Virus record (IMG/VR): IMGVR_UViG_3300029448_000002
Strand: one strand, 5' to 3'
DNA: 64,000 bases
Origin: an uncultured virus (IMG/VR IMGVR_UViG_3300029448_000002)
Lineage: Duplodnaviria > Heunggongvirae > Uroviricota > Caudoviricetes
The position numbers and the translations under genes were made by a program. Shown here piece after piece: positions 1-8,813 of this stretch (position 1 is its first letter; the number at the start of each line of letters is the position of its first letter). The notes beneath the pieces are model-generated. The model was not told where the DNA came from. It saw nothing but the letters and a program-made list of their open reading frames with translations, and ran no database searches.

Positions 1-144
1 ACCCAAGTGCAAAACGTTTGTGATTCCCTGCTCCTTGATCGTAGGAAAAAACACATCCTCAAAAAACTTGAATGTGTGTTCTAAGAAAATCTGGGAATCA
101 CCTTTTGCACCAAAGTGCGTGTCGGTGATAATTGCAATCTTCAA
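1..144 (-). CDS. gp47: gp47 recombination endonuclease (Mre11/SbcD-like), 5' part; runs off the window edge
   Basis: Not in ORF track. Hand translation from TTG at 144 (overlapping the gp55 stop): MKIAIITDTHFGAKGDSQIFLEHTFKFFEDVFFPTIKEQGITNVLHLG, with the DxH metallophosphoesterase motif; canonical position after gp55. Confidence 0.88.
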   Translation of the reverse strand, partial: MKIAIITDTHFGAKGDSQIFLEHTFKFFEDVFFPTIKEQGITNVLHLG

Positions 145-677
145 AATAACTCTCCGTCGCCTGTAGAACCTTTGGCTCTTTTCTTACGCTTTTTCTTCGG
201 TTCCATATTTACGATGTCGTTATCAGTCAGTCTAAGGTGAGCGGCATATGGATTCTCATTTTGCTTATCTGGATCAAGAATCGCAGCCAGTTCACCCTTT
301 GCGTCTGCTGCTTCCATTAGTTTGTATTTGATATGATCTTGTTTTTTCTCACGTTGAATTCTTCTGAGAAAAGCATAATACGTTATCTGAGTGAAATATG
401 CAAATGGGTTCTTGGATTTATCTGGATCAAAGTTGCCTGCATACATCAGACAGTTCTCAATCGCATCTCCGACCATTTCTTCTCGGAACGGATAATTTAC
501 AAAGTTTGGGCGGGTTGACAAACGCTCTGCAATCAAAAGAAAACACTCACCAATGTATTGCGTCACTGGTGGCTTTGGGTCGTCTGTCTCTTCTGCACTT
601 TTGACTTGATTTTTCCACTCAATCATTTCCGAGTAGAATAATTTATTGTCAATGTAGTGATCTTTGTTCTTCGCCAT
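141..677 (-). CDS. gp55: Late-transcription sigma factor gp55
   Basis: HYIDNK, YIGECFLLIAERLSTRPNFVNY, NFDPDKSKNPFAYFTQITYYAFLRRIQREKKQ are hallmark gp55 motifs. Confidence 0.95.
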   Translation of the reverse strand: MAKNKDHYIDNKLFYSEMIEWKNQVKSAEETDDPKPPVTQYIGECFLLIAERLSTRPNFVNYPFREEMVGDAIENCLMYAGNFDPDKSKNPFAYFTQITYYAFLRRIQREKKQDHIKYKLMEAADAKGELAAILDPDKQNENPYAAHLRLTDNDIVNMEPKKKRKKRAKGSTGDGELF

Positions 678-683
678 AATAAA

Positions 684-711
684 ATTTTACACCCTTTTAT
701 TCTTATGTCAA
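684..711 (-). promoter_or_regulatory. sigma70-type promoter for gp55 (TTGACA-N16-TAAAAT)
   Basis: -35 at 706-711, -10 at 684-689; ATG follows after 6 nt. Confidence 0.7.
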
Positions 712-1326
712 GTAATCATCTAATTTTGGCGACCAATCCATAAAAGATTCTCCATAATCTTTTCGGTTTTTGTTGTCGATCATTTCAACGTCAACGTCAA
801 TATCGTCATCGTCGATGATTTCCTTGATTGATTCTGGGTCCATTCCCATTGCCTCTAAGGCTTCTTCAATATCCCGATCATCCATTTCTTTGTCGATCTG
901 GTTTTTCATATCATCAATCTTTGCTGCGACGATCTTTAAGATATTGTCAATATTCGGCGGAGGGGTTTGTGGTTTTTTGCCGAAGGGAAGTTTCATTTGT
1001 CGTGGGTCATCCATCTTAAATCCCATCTGAGGATTGTCATCAAGTTTCTTTTGGTATTCATATGCTTGAAGAATGTCTGGGTCACAATCAAAAATACCAA
1101 GAATGTGATCTCTCGGAATGTCAATGTGATTGGATGTGGTTGCTTTCAGCCAGTCTACCAGAACGACTGTTTCTCTTTTACTGCCATTGAGATTGTCAAC
1201 GTAGTGCATCACTTTGAGGAGCATCGGACGCTCAAGACGAATAAACTCTTTTGTGTTTTTGATAAGATGTGCAACGATGTCATCGCCGCTCTTCAATTTA
1301 AGAATCTTGAAGGGGGTTTTGCTCAT
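703..1326 (-). CDS. Conserved T4-like hypothetical protein (Sm-like N-terminus, acidic tail)
   Basis: KILKLKSGDDIVA N-terminus and WSP...DY C-terminus, typical of the gene between uvsW and gp55 in marine T4-like phages. Confidence 0.6.
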   Translation of the reverse strand: MSKTPFKILKLKSGDDIVAHLIKNTKEFIRLERPMLLKVMHYVDNLNGSKRETVVLVDWLKATTSNHIDIPRDHILGIFDCDPDILQAYEYQKKLDDNPQMGFKMDDPRQMKLPFGKKPQTPPPNIDNILKIVAAKIDDMKNQIDKEMDDRDIEEALEAMGMDPESIKEIIDDDDIDVDVEMIDNKNRKDYGESFMDWSPKLDDYLT

Positions 1327-2821
1327 TCCGTTCTCCCTGTAATGGTATTGAGATCACTGAGTAATCAAACTTCTCAGCGTCATAAATCTTTTTACGTTCT
1401 ATAAAATGACGAAGAGTGTGATTCTTATACTTTTTCCACGACAAGTCATCACATATATCGTAGAGTCGTGCGGTGCTTTTGTGAATAGACTTTCTAAGTT
1501 GTCTTCCAATACTTTGCAGCACCCTGACCCGACTCTTTGACGGTGATGAGAACACAATATTATTTAGGCGTTTGATGTTCACGCCAGTGGAAAATGTTCC
1601 GTAGGACGCAAGGATGATTCCGTTGTCAATTGTTTCTGCAACTTTGCGGGCTTCCTCACGCTGCTCAACGTCAGTCCCACCGTGAATATAGAACACAGGT
1701 TTTCCACAATCTTTTAGCATTTCGTTTAGAACCTTTCCGTGCTTCTCCACAAATTGGAACAGTATGAGTGTGTTGCCTTTTGTCTTCAAGGCTAAATCAC
1801 ATATAAACTTGTTTCGTCTTTCGTCAGTGATGAGCCATTCTATCTCATCTTGATACGGTGTTCTTCTAATCCGCTGTCTATCGCTACCGGAATATTTTAG
1901 CAGCAAGCAGTCAATAGTCAAGTTGGTAAGCAACTTCTTTTCCATCAACTTCTTAGTCGTAATAATCTTTTTAGCCGGACCAAACAATCCCTCAATCACT
2001 AATTTGTGAGTGAGCATTCCGTCGAGTGTTCCTGTCGTTGCGATACGATACGGGCAACGGGTAAGTTTGGTCATAATTGAACTCAGCGACTTCGACTTGA
2101 ACAAGTGTGCTTCGTCGCCAAAGACTGCTCCAAACTGCTGAAAGTATTCTGGTGGTAGTTTGTGTAATGACTGCCAAGTTGAAATGACCACTCTTTTCTT
2201 TGTGTTCTTTTCCTTTCCGGCATACATCAGGTGCGTCTGTTCTCTTGGATTCCATCTTTTGTCCTTTTCTGCGTAGTCGCAGATGTCTGAGAACATTTGA
2301 GAAACGAGTCCGATAGTCGGAACAATAATTAAAACTTTTTGTTCTTTTGGAATCAGATTCAAATAGTGTCTCAGAAGCGTGTAGATGATTAAAGACTTGC
2401 CTGATCCTGTTGGTGATAACAACAAACAACGGTTTGTATTCATACCGTGTAGGATGGCTTGTTTCTGGTGTTTGTGAGGATCAATCGACTTCCCACCGAT
2501 AGAAATATTCAAACCGCTCAGAAGCGATTCTAGGTGGGTTTCTGAGAAGGCTGGTGGAGAATTTCTTTTTGGTAATTCTACTGTGTAGTTACGTTCCTGA
2601 CAAAACTTGAGAATGTAGGCTTCAAGTCCTGCGTAGATGCGTTGTGAATACAGATTGTAGAGTTTGATCTGCCCGTCCCATCTCTTTGCACGATACGCTG
2701 GCATAAACTCTCTTCCGGGGACTTTAAAGGTAAAGAAGTCAGAGAGTTCCTTGGCAAGATGTCTTTCACAGCGGACTTTGATATTTGAAGAATCAATGTC
2801 CTCAATCGTGTAATCGGGCAT
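1298..2821 (-). CDS. uvsW: UvsW SF2 DNA helicase
   Basis: WDGQIKLY, SPTGSGKS (Walker A), DEAH, QSIGRQLR. Confidence 0.95.
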   Translation of the reverse strand: MPDYTIEDIDSSNIKVRCERHLAKELSDFFTFKVPGREFMPAYRAKRWDGQIKLYNLYSQRIYAGLEAYILKFCQERNYTVELPKRNSPPAFSETHLESLLSGLNISIGGKSIDPHKHQKQAILHGMNTNRCLLLSPTGSGKSLIIYTLLRHYLNLIPKEQKVLIIVPTIGLVSQMFSDICDYAEKDKRWNPREQTHLMYAGKEKNTKKRVVISTWQSLHKLPPEYFQQFGAVFGDEAHLFKSKSLSSIMTKLTRCPYRIATTGTLDGMLTHKLVIEGLFGPAKKIITTKKLMEKKLLTNLTIDCLLLKYSGSDRQRIRRTPYQDEIEWLITDERRNKFICDLALKTKGNTLILFQFVEKHGKVLNEMLKDCGKPVFYIHGGTDVEQREEARKVAETIDNGIILASYGTFSTGVNIKRLNNIVFSSPSKSRVRVLQSIGRQLRKSIHKSTARLYDICDDLSWKKYKNHTLRHFIERKKIYDAEKFDYSVISIPLQGERNEQNPLQDS

Positions 2822-2827
2822 ACATTA

Positions 2828-2833
2828 TATTTA
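2828..2833 (-). promoter_or_regulatory. Late promoter box TAAATA upstream of uvsW
   Basis: CATAAATA, 6 nt before the ATG; resembles T4 late TATAAATA. Confidence 0.6.
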
Positions 2834-3265
2834 TGCTCCCGACAAGAATCTTCTCCATTCAATTGCGTTCTTGATCTTGGTGTGTCGGAAGGTGATTTCT
2901 TTTACGACTTCTTCAAGGTACTCCACAATGGACTTGATATAGGTAATTACTTCTTTTCTTTTACACAGGTCTTCATCACTATTCATAAAGATAGGAATGT
3001 CTTGTTTGAGAATGTTGTGTTGAAAAGGTTCCCATCCTTTTTTGTCAAGGGTTTCCTGATCCATTTTTCCTGTATAGTATTCCCACTTAAGCCGATACAG
3101 ACGATTGTATTCATTTGACGCTCTCTCATATCTGAGTTTAGCATCGTGGTAGAAGTTGAGATATTTGTTGTGAAGAGCAGGAAGTCTTAAGGATTCCGTA
3201 TCAAGTTGGGTATCGTCGATCTGGGCATCTTGCTCTACTAATACTCTAAGTTCATTAAGTTCCAT
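2831..3265 (-). CDS. uvsY: UvsY recombination mediator
   Basis: ESLRLPALHNKYL, KWEYYTGK, IKNAIEWRRFLSG; adjacent to uvsW. Confidence 0.92.
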   Translation of the reverse strand: MELNELRVLVEQDAQIDDTQLDTESLRLPALHNKYLNFYHDAKLRYERASNEYNRLYRLKWEYYTGKMDQETLDKKGWEPFQHNILKQDIPIFMNSDEDLCKRKEVITYIKSIVEYLEEVVKEITFRHTKIKNAIEWRRFLSGA

Positions 3266-3301
3266 AATTATTCTTTATCCCTTTTTCTCGTTGACACTCG
3301 G

Positions 3302-3329
3302 ATTATAATAGTCCTCAAGGGCGTGTCAA
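3302..3329 (-). promoter_or_regulatory. sigma70-type promoter for uvsY (TTGACA-N16-TATAAT)
   Basis: Perfect -35 (3324-3329) and -10 (3302-3307). Confidence 0.75.
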
Positions 3330-3336
3330 GAGGAAA

Positions 3337-3924
3337 TCAGACGAATTCGTAATAATCGTAGGCAAAGGTGATTGTTGCAGTAAAAGGAGAGATATCAGTC
3401 ACCGAGGAGTCAAATTCAAAACCAGAAAGACTGACAGGAAGTAGATTTCTAAAACGAACCTGTAGTTTTGGATTCATCGCACTGTTCAGAATATGAAGAG
3501 ATCCATCAGTGAAGTGGGTAGAGATTTTACTTTCAAAATTCTTACTATCTTTTGTTAAGTAAATTGTTCTCATCCATTCGTAAATCTCACGCCAGTTTGA
3601 CATATCTTCATTGACCAAAAAGGTCATCGTTAGATTTTCATAATTAACTCTTGTGTTTGGATGCTTTGCCGCAACGAATCGTGTGGGCTGCTCAAGATTA
3701 GCATCTGCTCCGAAACCGGGAAGATTGACTCTTTGAATGAAATATTCCATTTTTGGTAAACGAAAGATTTCAAATTTGAAAAGAGTCTGGTACAGATAGT
3801 TTACATTTGATGGCTGCTTCTCCTCGGCAGTTTCAAGAGAAGCACCAGCAAATCCAGCGGTGATAGAGGGCAACTGATTGTTGCTATTAAAGATTGAATT
3901 TGAGTCTACGGTGTTGATACCCAT
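3337..3924 (-). CDS. gp3: Tail completion / tube terminator gp3-like
   Basis: NYL..FKF...P..EYF.Q.VNLPG, LTMTFLVNEDMSNWREIYEWM; follows gp23. Start moved to ATG 3924 because the longer call (3975) runs through a terminator and a late box. Confidence 0.85.
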   Translation of the reverse strand: MGINTVDSNSIFNSNNQLPSITAGFAGASLETAEEKQPSNVNYLYQTLFKFEIFRLPKMEYFIQRVNLPGFGADANLEQPTRFVAAKHPNTRVNYENLTMTFLVNEDMSNWREIYEWMRTIYLTKDSKNFESKISTHFTDGSLHILNSAMNPKLQVRFRNLLPVSLSGFEFDSSVTDISPFTATITFAYDYYEFV

Positions 3925-3929
3925 ATGAT

Positions 3930-3935
3930 TATTTA
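3930..3935 (-). promoter_or_regulatory. Late promoter box TAAATA upstream of gp3
   Basis: CCTAAATA, 5 nt before ATG 3924. Confidence 0.6.
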
Positions 3936-3940
3936 GGTGT

Positions 3941-3972
3941 AAAAGATAAGGGAGCCTTTCGACTCCCTCATC
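3941..3972 (-). terminator. Intrinsic terminator after gp23
   Basis: GATGAGGGAGTC-GAAA-GGCTCCCTTATC hairpin followed by TTTT. Confidence 0.85.
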
Positions 3973-3995
3973 CAAGTATTAATTGTCACCTACGA

Positions 3996-5447
3996 TTAGG
4001 CGTTTCCGTGAAGGTTGGTCACACGGAAGATTCTGTAATACTGGTTGGAACGAACAGCAGCGGAGGAGTGGGGGTCACTCTTGTTGGCTGTCGAGCCTTC
4101 ACCATTACCCGAAACGAATGGGTTGTTCACCAGACCGTATCGAGTCTTGAAGCCAATCTTGGGTTGGAAGTTGGTTTCGTTGACTGCACGGACCATTTGC
4201 AGCGGGACGTATGGGCAGTAGAACATACCAGCATCGTATGGGCTGGATCCTCTGTAGCCGGTACAGATGTAATCAGCACCAGACACGGAGTAAGGATCGA
4301 TGTAAACCTTAATACGACCGTTCAATGTACCAGCAAAGGTGTTGCCAGTGTCATCAACGTCAAGGTTGACATCGGGGGTTGGGGTCAGGTTCAAGAAACC
4401 GGACATTGCGAGAGCCGAAGCAACATCGGAAGTCGTGATGATAAAGTTACCCTTACCACGACGAGTTTCCTTAGCAATCACGTTGGCTTCACGTTCGAGT
4501 TGGAACATCAAACCACGGAATTTCTCAGCAGACCAACGACCATCGGAGTCAGCGGCAACATCGTAGATACCACCAAGACCAGTGGTGTCACCACCAGAAA
4601 GACCCGAAACACCAGTTTGCTTGTATTTCAGATCGCCTTGTTGACAGCCAAGTTTAGCACCACGATAGATGGTACGAATCACTTCACGGTTGATTTCAGC
4701 AAGAATTTCAGCCGAGAGAATGTTGGCGAGTTCAACTTCGGCATCAAGACCGTGAATAGCCTTAAGGTCTTGAGCGAGTTCAGAGGTGTACTCAGCCTTC
4801 AACGCACGAGTCTTCGCAACGACAGAAGTACGGTCGATCACGAATGCCATTTGGTCAAAGGTGCTGGTTTCCAGATCAGCGGTGTCTGCACCGGAGAAAG
4901 CCTTCATTGAGAGAGTGCTTTCAGGGGCAGTGGGATCACCACCAACTGCTCGTTCACCATCGATGGTTGTACGAACACCCAAGGGGTCGCCAGTTCCACC
5001 GAGAGTTGGGAAGCCAGAACCACCAGTTGCACCGCCAGAGGTGGCAGAGAACTGAGTGGGTGCTTCGTCGAACAGTGCTTCGGGGTTATCCGAAGAGGTC
5101 TTATTTGTAAACTTAGCCTTCATAGCGAAGATCAAGCCGGTAGGACCGGAAAGTGGCTGAACACCACAGACATCGTAGGCGATGAGGTTAGGCATCGAAC
5201 GACGAACGAGTGAGATCAAGACGGGATCGAAACCAGCGACGGCATCGAACGTACCTTGAGTATCAACAAAACCGCTTGCACCGGGAACCGGAGCAACGTT
5301 GGCTTCTTCACGCAAAGCCTTTTCTTGGTTTTCAAGCAAGATTGCCGTGACGTTCTTACGATAAGAGTCACGGATGGGATTCATACCTTCACAGTTAAGG
5401 ACTGGCTCCCATTTCTTTTTGAGATTTTCAACTAATAACTGTTCCAT
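3996..5447 (-). CDS. gp23: Major capsid protein gp23
   Basis: FDPVLISLVRRSMPNLIAYDVCGVQP, ELAQDLKAIHGLDAE, YCPYVPLQM, FQPKIGFKTRYG. Confidence 0.99.
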   Translation of the reverse strand: MEQLLVENLKKKWEPVLNCEGMNPIRDSYRKNVTAILLENQEKALREEANVAPVPGASGFVDTQGTFDAVAGFDPVLISLVRRSMPNLIAYDVCGVQPLSGPTGLIFAMKAKFTNKTSSDNPEALFDEAPTQFSATSGGATGGSGFPTLGGTGDPLGVRTTIDGERAVGGDPTAPESTLSMKAFSGADTADLETSTFDQMAFVIDRTSVVAKTRALKAEYTSELAQDLKAIHGLDAEVELANILSAEILAEINREVIRTIYRGAKLGCQQGDLKYKQTGVSGLSGGDTTGLGGIYDVAADSDGRWSAEKFRGLMFQLEREANVIAKETRRGKGNFIITTSDVASALAMSGFLNLTPTPDVNLDVDDTGNTFAGTLNGRIKVYIDPYSVSGADYICTGYRGSSPYDAGMFYCPYVPLQMVRAVNETNFQPKIGFKTRYGLVNNPFVSGNGEGSTANKSDPHSSAAVRSNQYYRIFRVTNLHGNA

Positions 5448-5464
5448 ATGGAATCTCCTTCTTG

Positions 5465-6484
5465 TTAGTGTTGACTTCTATTAGAGTCCGCGTGGCTCAT
5501 ACGATTGAGCATTGACGCATATTTGGACATTCGGGGAGTGAGATCAGCCTGATTTTCTTGGGCTGCTTCTTCTTCACTCAGAGTTTGAATTTCTTCAGTG
5601 AGCATAGGAGTGACAACGCCATCCTCACCCTCGAAGAAGTTTTCTTTCAGATTTTGAAGTGATGAACTAAATTCTTCAATGTTATCAAAATCAACGTTTT
5701 CTGCCATTTTTCTAAACTTTTCCTCATCAAGGGAAGAAAGGTCACGGGCAGCATTTTCGTAAATTGCCTCGGCTTGAGCCTTAACAACACCCTTTGAAAG
5801 TTCAATGTTCTTTTCAAGAGACTCATTCAACCTATCTTCGAGTGCTTCGATACGATTGTTCAAACCATCGACAAGATCATAACGCTCTTCTGGCATTGTG
5901 ACGTAGTGTGATTCAAAAAGTTGCTTAAGACCTCTCATAAACGACTCATTGATGTCAGAACGAATGCCAGACTCGACGGCGACTTGGTTTTCGCCCATCC
6001 AGTTTTCGACAACGTAAGACAGATAATCGTCAAGTTTGGTCGCAAGATGCTCTTTATGCTCTTCGATTGCTGTTTCAAATTCGTTAGATAATTGATCACG
6101 AACTTGATCAACACGAAGATCGACAGCGTGGTCAAAGATTTCGGAAGCCTTCTCAACAAACTCTTCCGACATACCAGCACCAGCCATCATTTTCTTCAAT
6201 TGCTTTTTGCCAGCCATTTCTTCTTCACTACCGTACTCCTCTTCGCTATCCATATCAGACAGGTCGGTTGAGTGTGCTTTACCAAGTTCACCCTTTTCGA
6301 GTGGCTTGGCGAACATTGGGGAAATACCATCAGCGGATTCAGCACCTTTGCCGTCTGCGGTTTCGGCATCGCCTCCTGCCTTCTTCTTCTTTTCAACAGA
6401 AGTGCCGGGGGGAGACATAGGCATACCTTCACCTTGGTCCTCTAATAATTGTTTCGCAGTTTCAAGAGCGTTTTCAAGACTCAT
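5465..6484 (-). CDS. gp22: Prohead core scaffold gp22
   Basis: YLSYVVENWMGENQVAVESGIRS, acidic coiled coil, C-terminal MSKY; lies between gp21 and gp23. Confidence 0.92.
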   Translation of the reverse strand: MSLENALETAKQLLEDQGEGMPMSPPGTSVEKKKKAGGDAETADGKGAESADGISPMFAKPLEKGELGKAHSTDLSDMDSEEEYGSEEEMAGKKQLKKMMAGAGMSEEFVEKASEIFDHAVDLRVDQVRDQLSNEFETAIEEHKEHLATKLDDYLSYVVENWMGENQVAVESGIRSDINESFMRGLKQLFESHYVTMPEERYDLVDGLNNRIEALEDRLNESLEKNIELSKGVVKAQAEAIYENAARDLSSLDEEKFRKMAENVDFDNIEEFSSSLQNLKENFFEGEDGVVTPMLTEEIQTLSEEEAAQENQADLTPRMSKYASMLNRMSHADSNRSQH

Positions 6485-6502
6485 TTGATTCTCCTTGTCT
6501 TT

Positions 6503-7156
6503 TTATTTATCTCTGGATAATTTTGAGAGGAAATCTGCGAACACGAGTAACTTCGCCTCCTCCAACTCTGAACGTGAAACAGTTTCGATTTGTTTCTTGA
6601 CTGTTTCAATTTTACGAGATGTAAGAATACCGTTTTCCCACACCCATTCCTTGCCTTCCATAATTCCTTGAACAAAAGCGTCAGGGGCAGATGGATCGGC
6701 AACGATATCGACAGCGGCAAGAGTGAAGTCATCTTGAACTTCATTGATGCCATCTCTTTCTTTTAGTGAACCCATACCTCTGGAAGAAACACCGATCTTT
6801 ACACCTTCGTCGATAAGACTTTTGACAATCTTGCCATAGGGGGTATCAAGGATTTTTGCCTTTCCATAGATGTCGTTTCCATCAATTCTCATTTCTTTGA
6901 TGAGGTGGGAAACTCTTTCAAGGTTAAGCGATGGTCCCTCGGGATGTCCAAGTTCTCCCATCGCTCTTTGGGGTTTTACATATTCATTATTATACTTTTG
7001 AACTTCGTTCATCAAAACTTTGTTTGGATAAACGCGACCGTTTCTATTTTTTTGCTCGGCTTGCATAAAGATGCCGTCGATGTGATATTGCTTCTCGCCA
7101 TTTACCTCTTCGGTGACGAGATTGACATTATCATTTACTTCTGTAATCAGTAACAT
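6503..7156 (-). CDS. gp21: Prohead protease gp21
   Basis: GIFMQAEQKNRNGRVY, GELGHP, GVSSRGMGS, DIVADPSAPDAFV. Confidence 0.97.
   Translation of the reverse strand: MLLITEVNDNVNLVTEEVNGEKQYHIDGIFMQAEQKNRNGRVYPNKVLMNEVQKYNNEYVKPQRAMGELGHPEGPSLNLERVSHLIKEMRIDGNDIYGKAKILDTPYGKIVKSLIDEGVKIGVSSRGMGSLKERDGINEVQDDFTLAAVDIVADPSAPDAFVQGIMEGKEWVWENGILTSRKIETVKKQIETVSRSELEEAKLLVFADFLSKLSRDK
6504..6509 (-). promoter_or_regulatory. Late promoter box TAAATA for gp22-gp23
   Basis: GATAAATA upstream of an AAGGAG RBS. Confidence 0.6.
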
Positions 7157-8178
7157 TACATTCCCCCACCCATATTGCGACGTTTCATTCTCATTCCACC
7201 CATAGGAGGTTTCATACCACCACCCATAGGAGGCATCTGTCCGCCACCCATAGGAGGCATCTGTCCGCCACCCATAGGAGGCATTTGACCACCGCCACCC
7301 ATCATCTTAGCCATTGCAGCCATTGGGTTTTGTCCGCCGCCACCCATTCCGGGCATACCACCTTGTGCTTGTGGTGCTTGGGCTTGTTCTTTTCCTGCTA
7401 CATCAAGTGCTTTCTTAATTGCAGACTCAAGATCGCCGGACTCCTTGCCCATTTTCTTTTTCTTATCCATTCCCATCATCTCAGCACCCATCATCGGCAT
7501 TTCACCCTCGATACCGGGGAAGTTTGGACGAAGTGGATCTTGAGTGATCTTGGGACCGGGACGACCACCACCAACGGGATCAGAAATACCGGGGAAGTTT
7601 GGTCGAAGTGGATCACGGGTAATCTTGGGACCGGGGCGACCACCGACTGGGCGAGGATCAAAAGGTGGTTTATCATCTGGAGTGCTTACAGGTAGGTAAG
7701 GATTTCCTCTTCTTAATCCAGACTCTTCTTCGGAATATTCCTCTTCCTCTTTACGTCGCATCATATCCATCATCTCTTCTTCTTCTTTACGACGCATCAT
7801 ATCCATCATCTCTTCTTCTTCTTTTCGTCGCATCATATCCATCATTTCTTCTTCACCACGACGACGCATCATACCCATTCCACCGTAACCCTCATTTTTT
7901 GCAGTGAAGTTTTTGTCGATGTAATTGAAGAATTCTTTTTTCTTTTCGTCTGTCTTCAAGTCAGCAGGAGAAGAAATACCAAACTTCTTCATTGCCTTCT
8001 TAAAGAAAGCATCATATCCAGATTCACCATCCATCTCCTCACGGAATTGGTTAGCAACTTCATACTTTGACTCAATGATTTTATCATTAAGTTTTTGTGT
8101 AAGAGACTCGAACATTGTTTGTTCGGCTTCGTTATAATCTCTATTAATGATTGAGTCTAAGATGTGATGAGAGTTCAT
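7156..8178 (-). CDS. gp67-like prohead core protein with long low-complexity repeat extension
   Basis: Position between gp20 and gp21; helical N-terminus; YDAFFKKAMKKFGISSP..KKKEFF block; then E/M/R, P/G and G/Q/M/P repeats. Confidence 0.6.
   Translation of the reverse strand: MNSHHILDSIINRDYNEAEQTMFESLTQKLNDKIIESKYEVANQFREEMDGESGYDAFFKKAMKKFGISSPADLKTDEKKKEFFNYIDKNFTAKNEGYGGMGMMRRRGEEEMMDMMRRKEEEEMMDMMRRKEEEEMMDMMRRKEEEEYSEEESGLRRGNPYLPVSTPDDKPPFDPRPVGGRPGPKITRDPLRPNFPGISDPVGGGRPGPKITQDPLRPNFPGIEGEMPMMGAEMMGMDKKKKMGKESGDLESAIKKALDVAGKEQAQAPQAQGGMPGMGGGGQNPMAAMAKMMGGGGQMPPMGGGQMPPMGGGQMPPMGGGMKPPMGGMRMKRRNMGGGM
7200..7300 (-). repeat. 24-nt tandem repeat encoding GGGQMPPM (about 4 copies)
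   Basis: cccataggaggcatctgtccgcca repeated on the + strand. Confidence 0.85.
7510..7645 (-). repeat. Duplicated segment encoding RPGPKIT(R/Q)DPLRPNFPGI
   Basis: ataccggggaagtttgg..gaagtggatc..atcttgggaccggg occurs twice, about 75 nt apart. Confidence 0.85.
7740..7870 (-). repeat. 36-nt tandem repeat encoding EEEEMMDMMRRK (about 3.5 copies)
   Basis: cgcatcatatccatcatctcttcttcttcttt repeated. Confidence 0.9.
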
Positions 8179-8813
8179 ATGATATCCCTTTTGATTCGTT
8201 CCTGAAAGAAGTTGACCATTTGAATCGCTTCCTCACTTGAGGACTTTAACTTGTCTTCAAACTTGTCTTTGTTCTTCTTATTTAGCGACTTGTAAGTTTC
8301 GAGAATAAAATTTGCGTTATTTTGTGATAAAAACGCGATTGAATCATCAGCAAAAACAACACTCGCCCCGGACTCGTCAATCGTTTCAAGTTCTGAAATT
8401 GTTGCACTTACAAATGATTCCTTTACAGGCTCTTTTCGTTTTTCTTCCATATCAATAATTTTTTTAATACCTTTGCGAGCCTGTTTTAGTGTAAGAAAAA
8501 TATCTTTTCGTTTGCCATCAACATAGGCTGAGACAGGAGCAGATGCACCCATACCAACTTTTTTCAAGGTTATAACTTTATCTTTGTATTCAAAGGTATT
8601 CAAAAAGAACTCCTTTTGAAACTCTGGATCAAGCGTGATATCATCCTTATCACCCTCTTCGCTTGTCTCTGCCTCTTTTTTCTCTGGGCGAGACTCTTCT
8701 GCCTCTTCAATCAAACTGATTGTTTTTGAAGCAAGCAAAGAATCGAGATAAGTTTTTACGATTTGATCGGGTGCATTTTCGATAAGACCAATCGCATTAC
8801 GGTACAGATCCAT
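8175..8813 (-). CDS. Probable gp68-like prohead core protein
   Basis: Position after portal; C-terminal VVFADDS...YKSLNKKNKDKF..S..F resembles core proteins of marine T4-like phages. Confidence 0.5.
   Translation of the reverse strand: MDLYRNAIGLIENAPDQIVKTYLDSLLASKTISLIEEAEESRPEKKEAETSEEGDKDDITLDPEFQKEFFLNTFEYKDKVITLKKVGMGASAPVSAYVDGKRKDIFLTLKQARKGIKKIIDMEEKRKEPVKESFVSATISELETIDESGASVVFADDSIAFLSQNNANFILETYKSLNKKNKDKFEDKLKSSSEEAIQMVNFFQERIKRDII

Noticed and set aside
4008..4910. 300-aa + strand ORF
   Set aside because: Antisense shadow of gp23 with no RBS, promoter or motif.
7740..7870. 36-bp repeats as a possible CRISPR array
   Set aside because: Tandem with no spacers, and in-frame coding.
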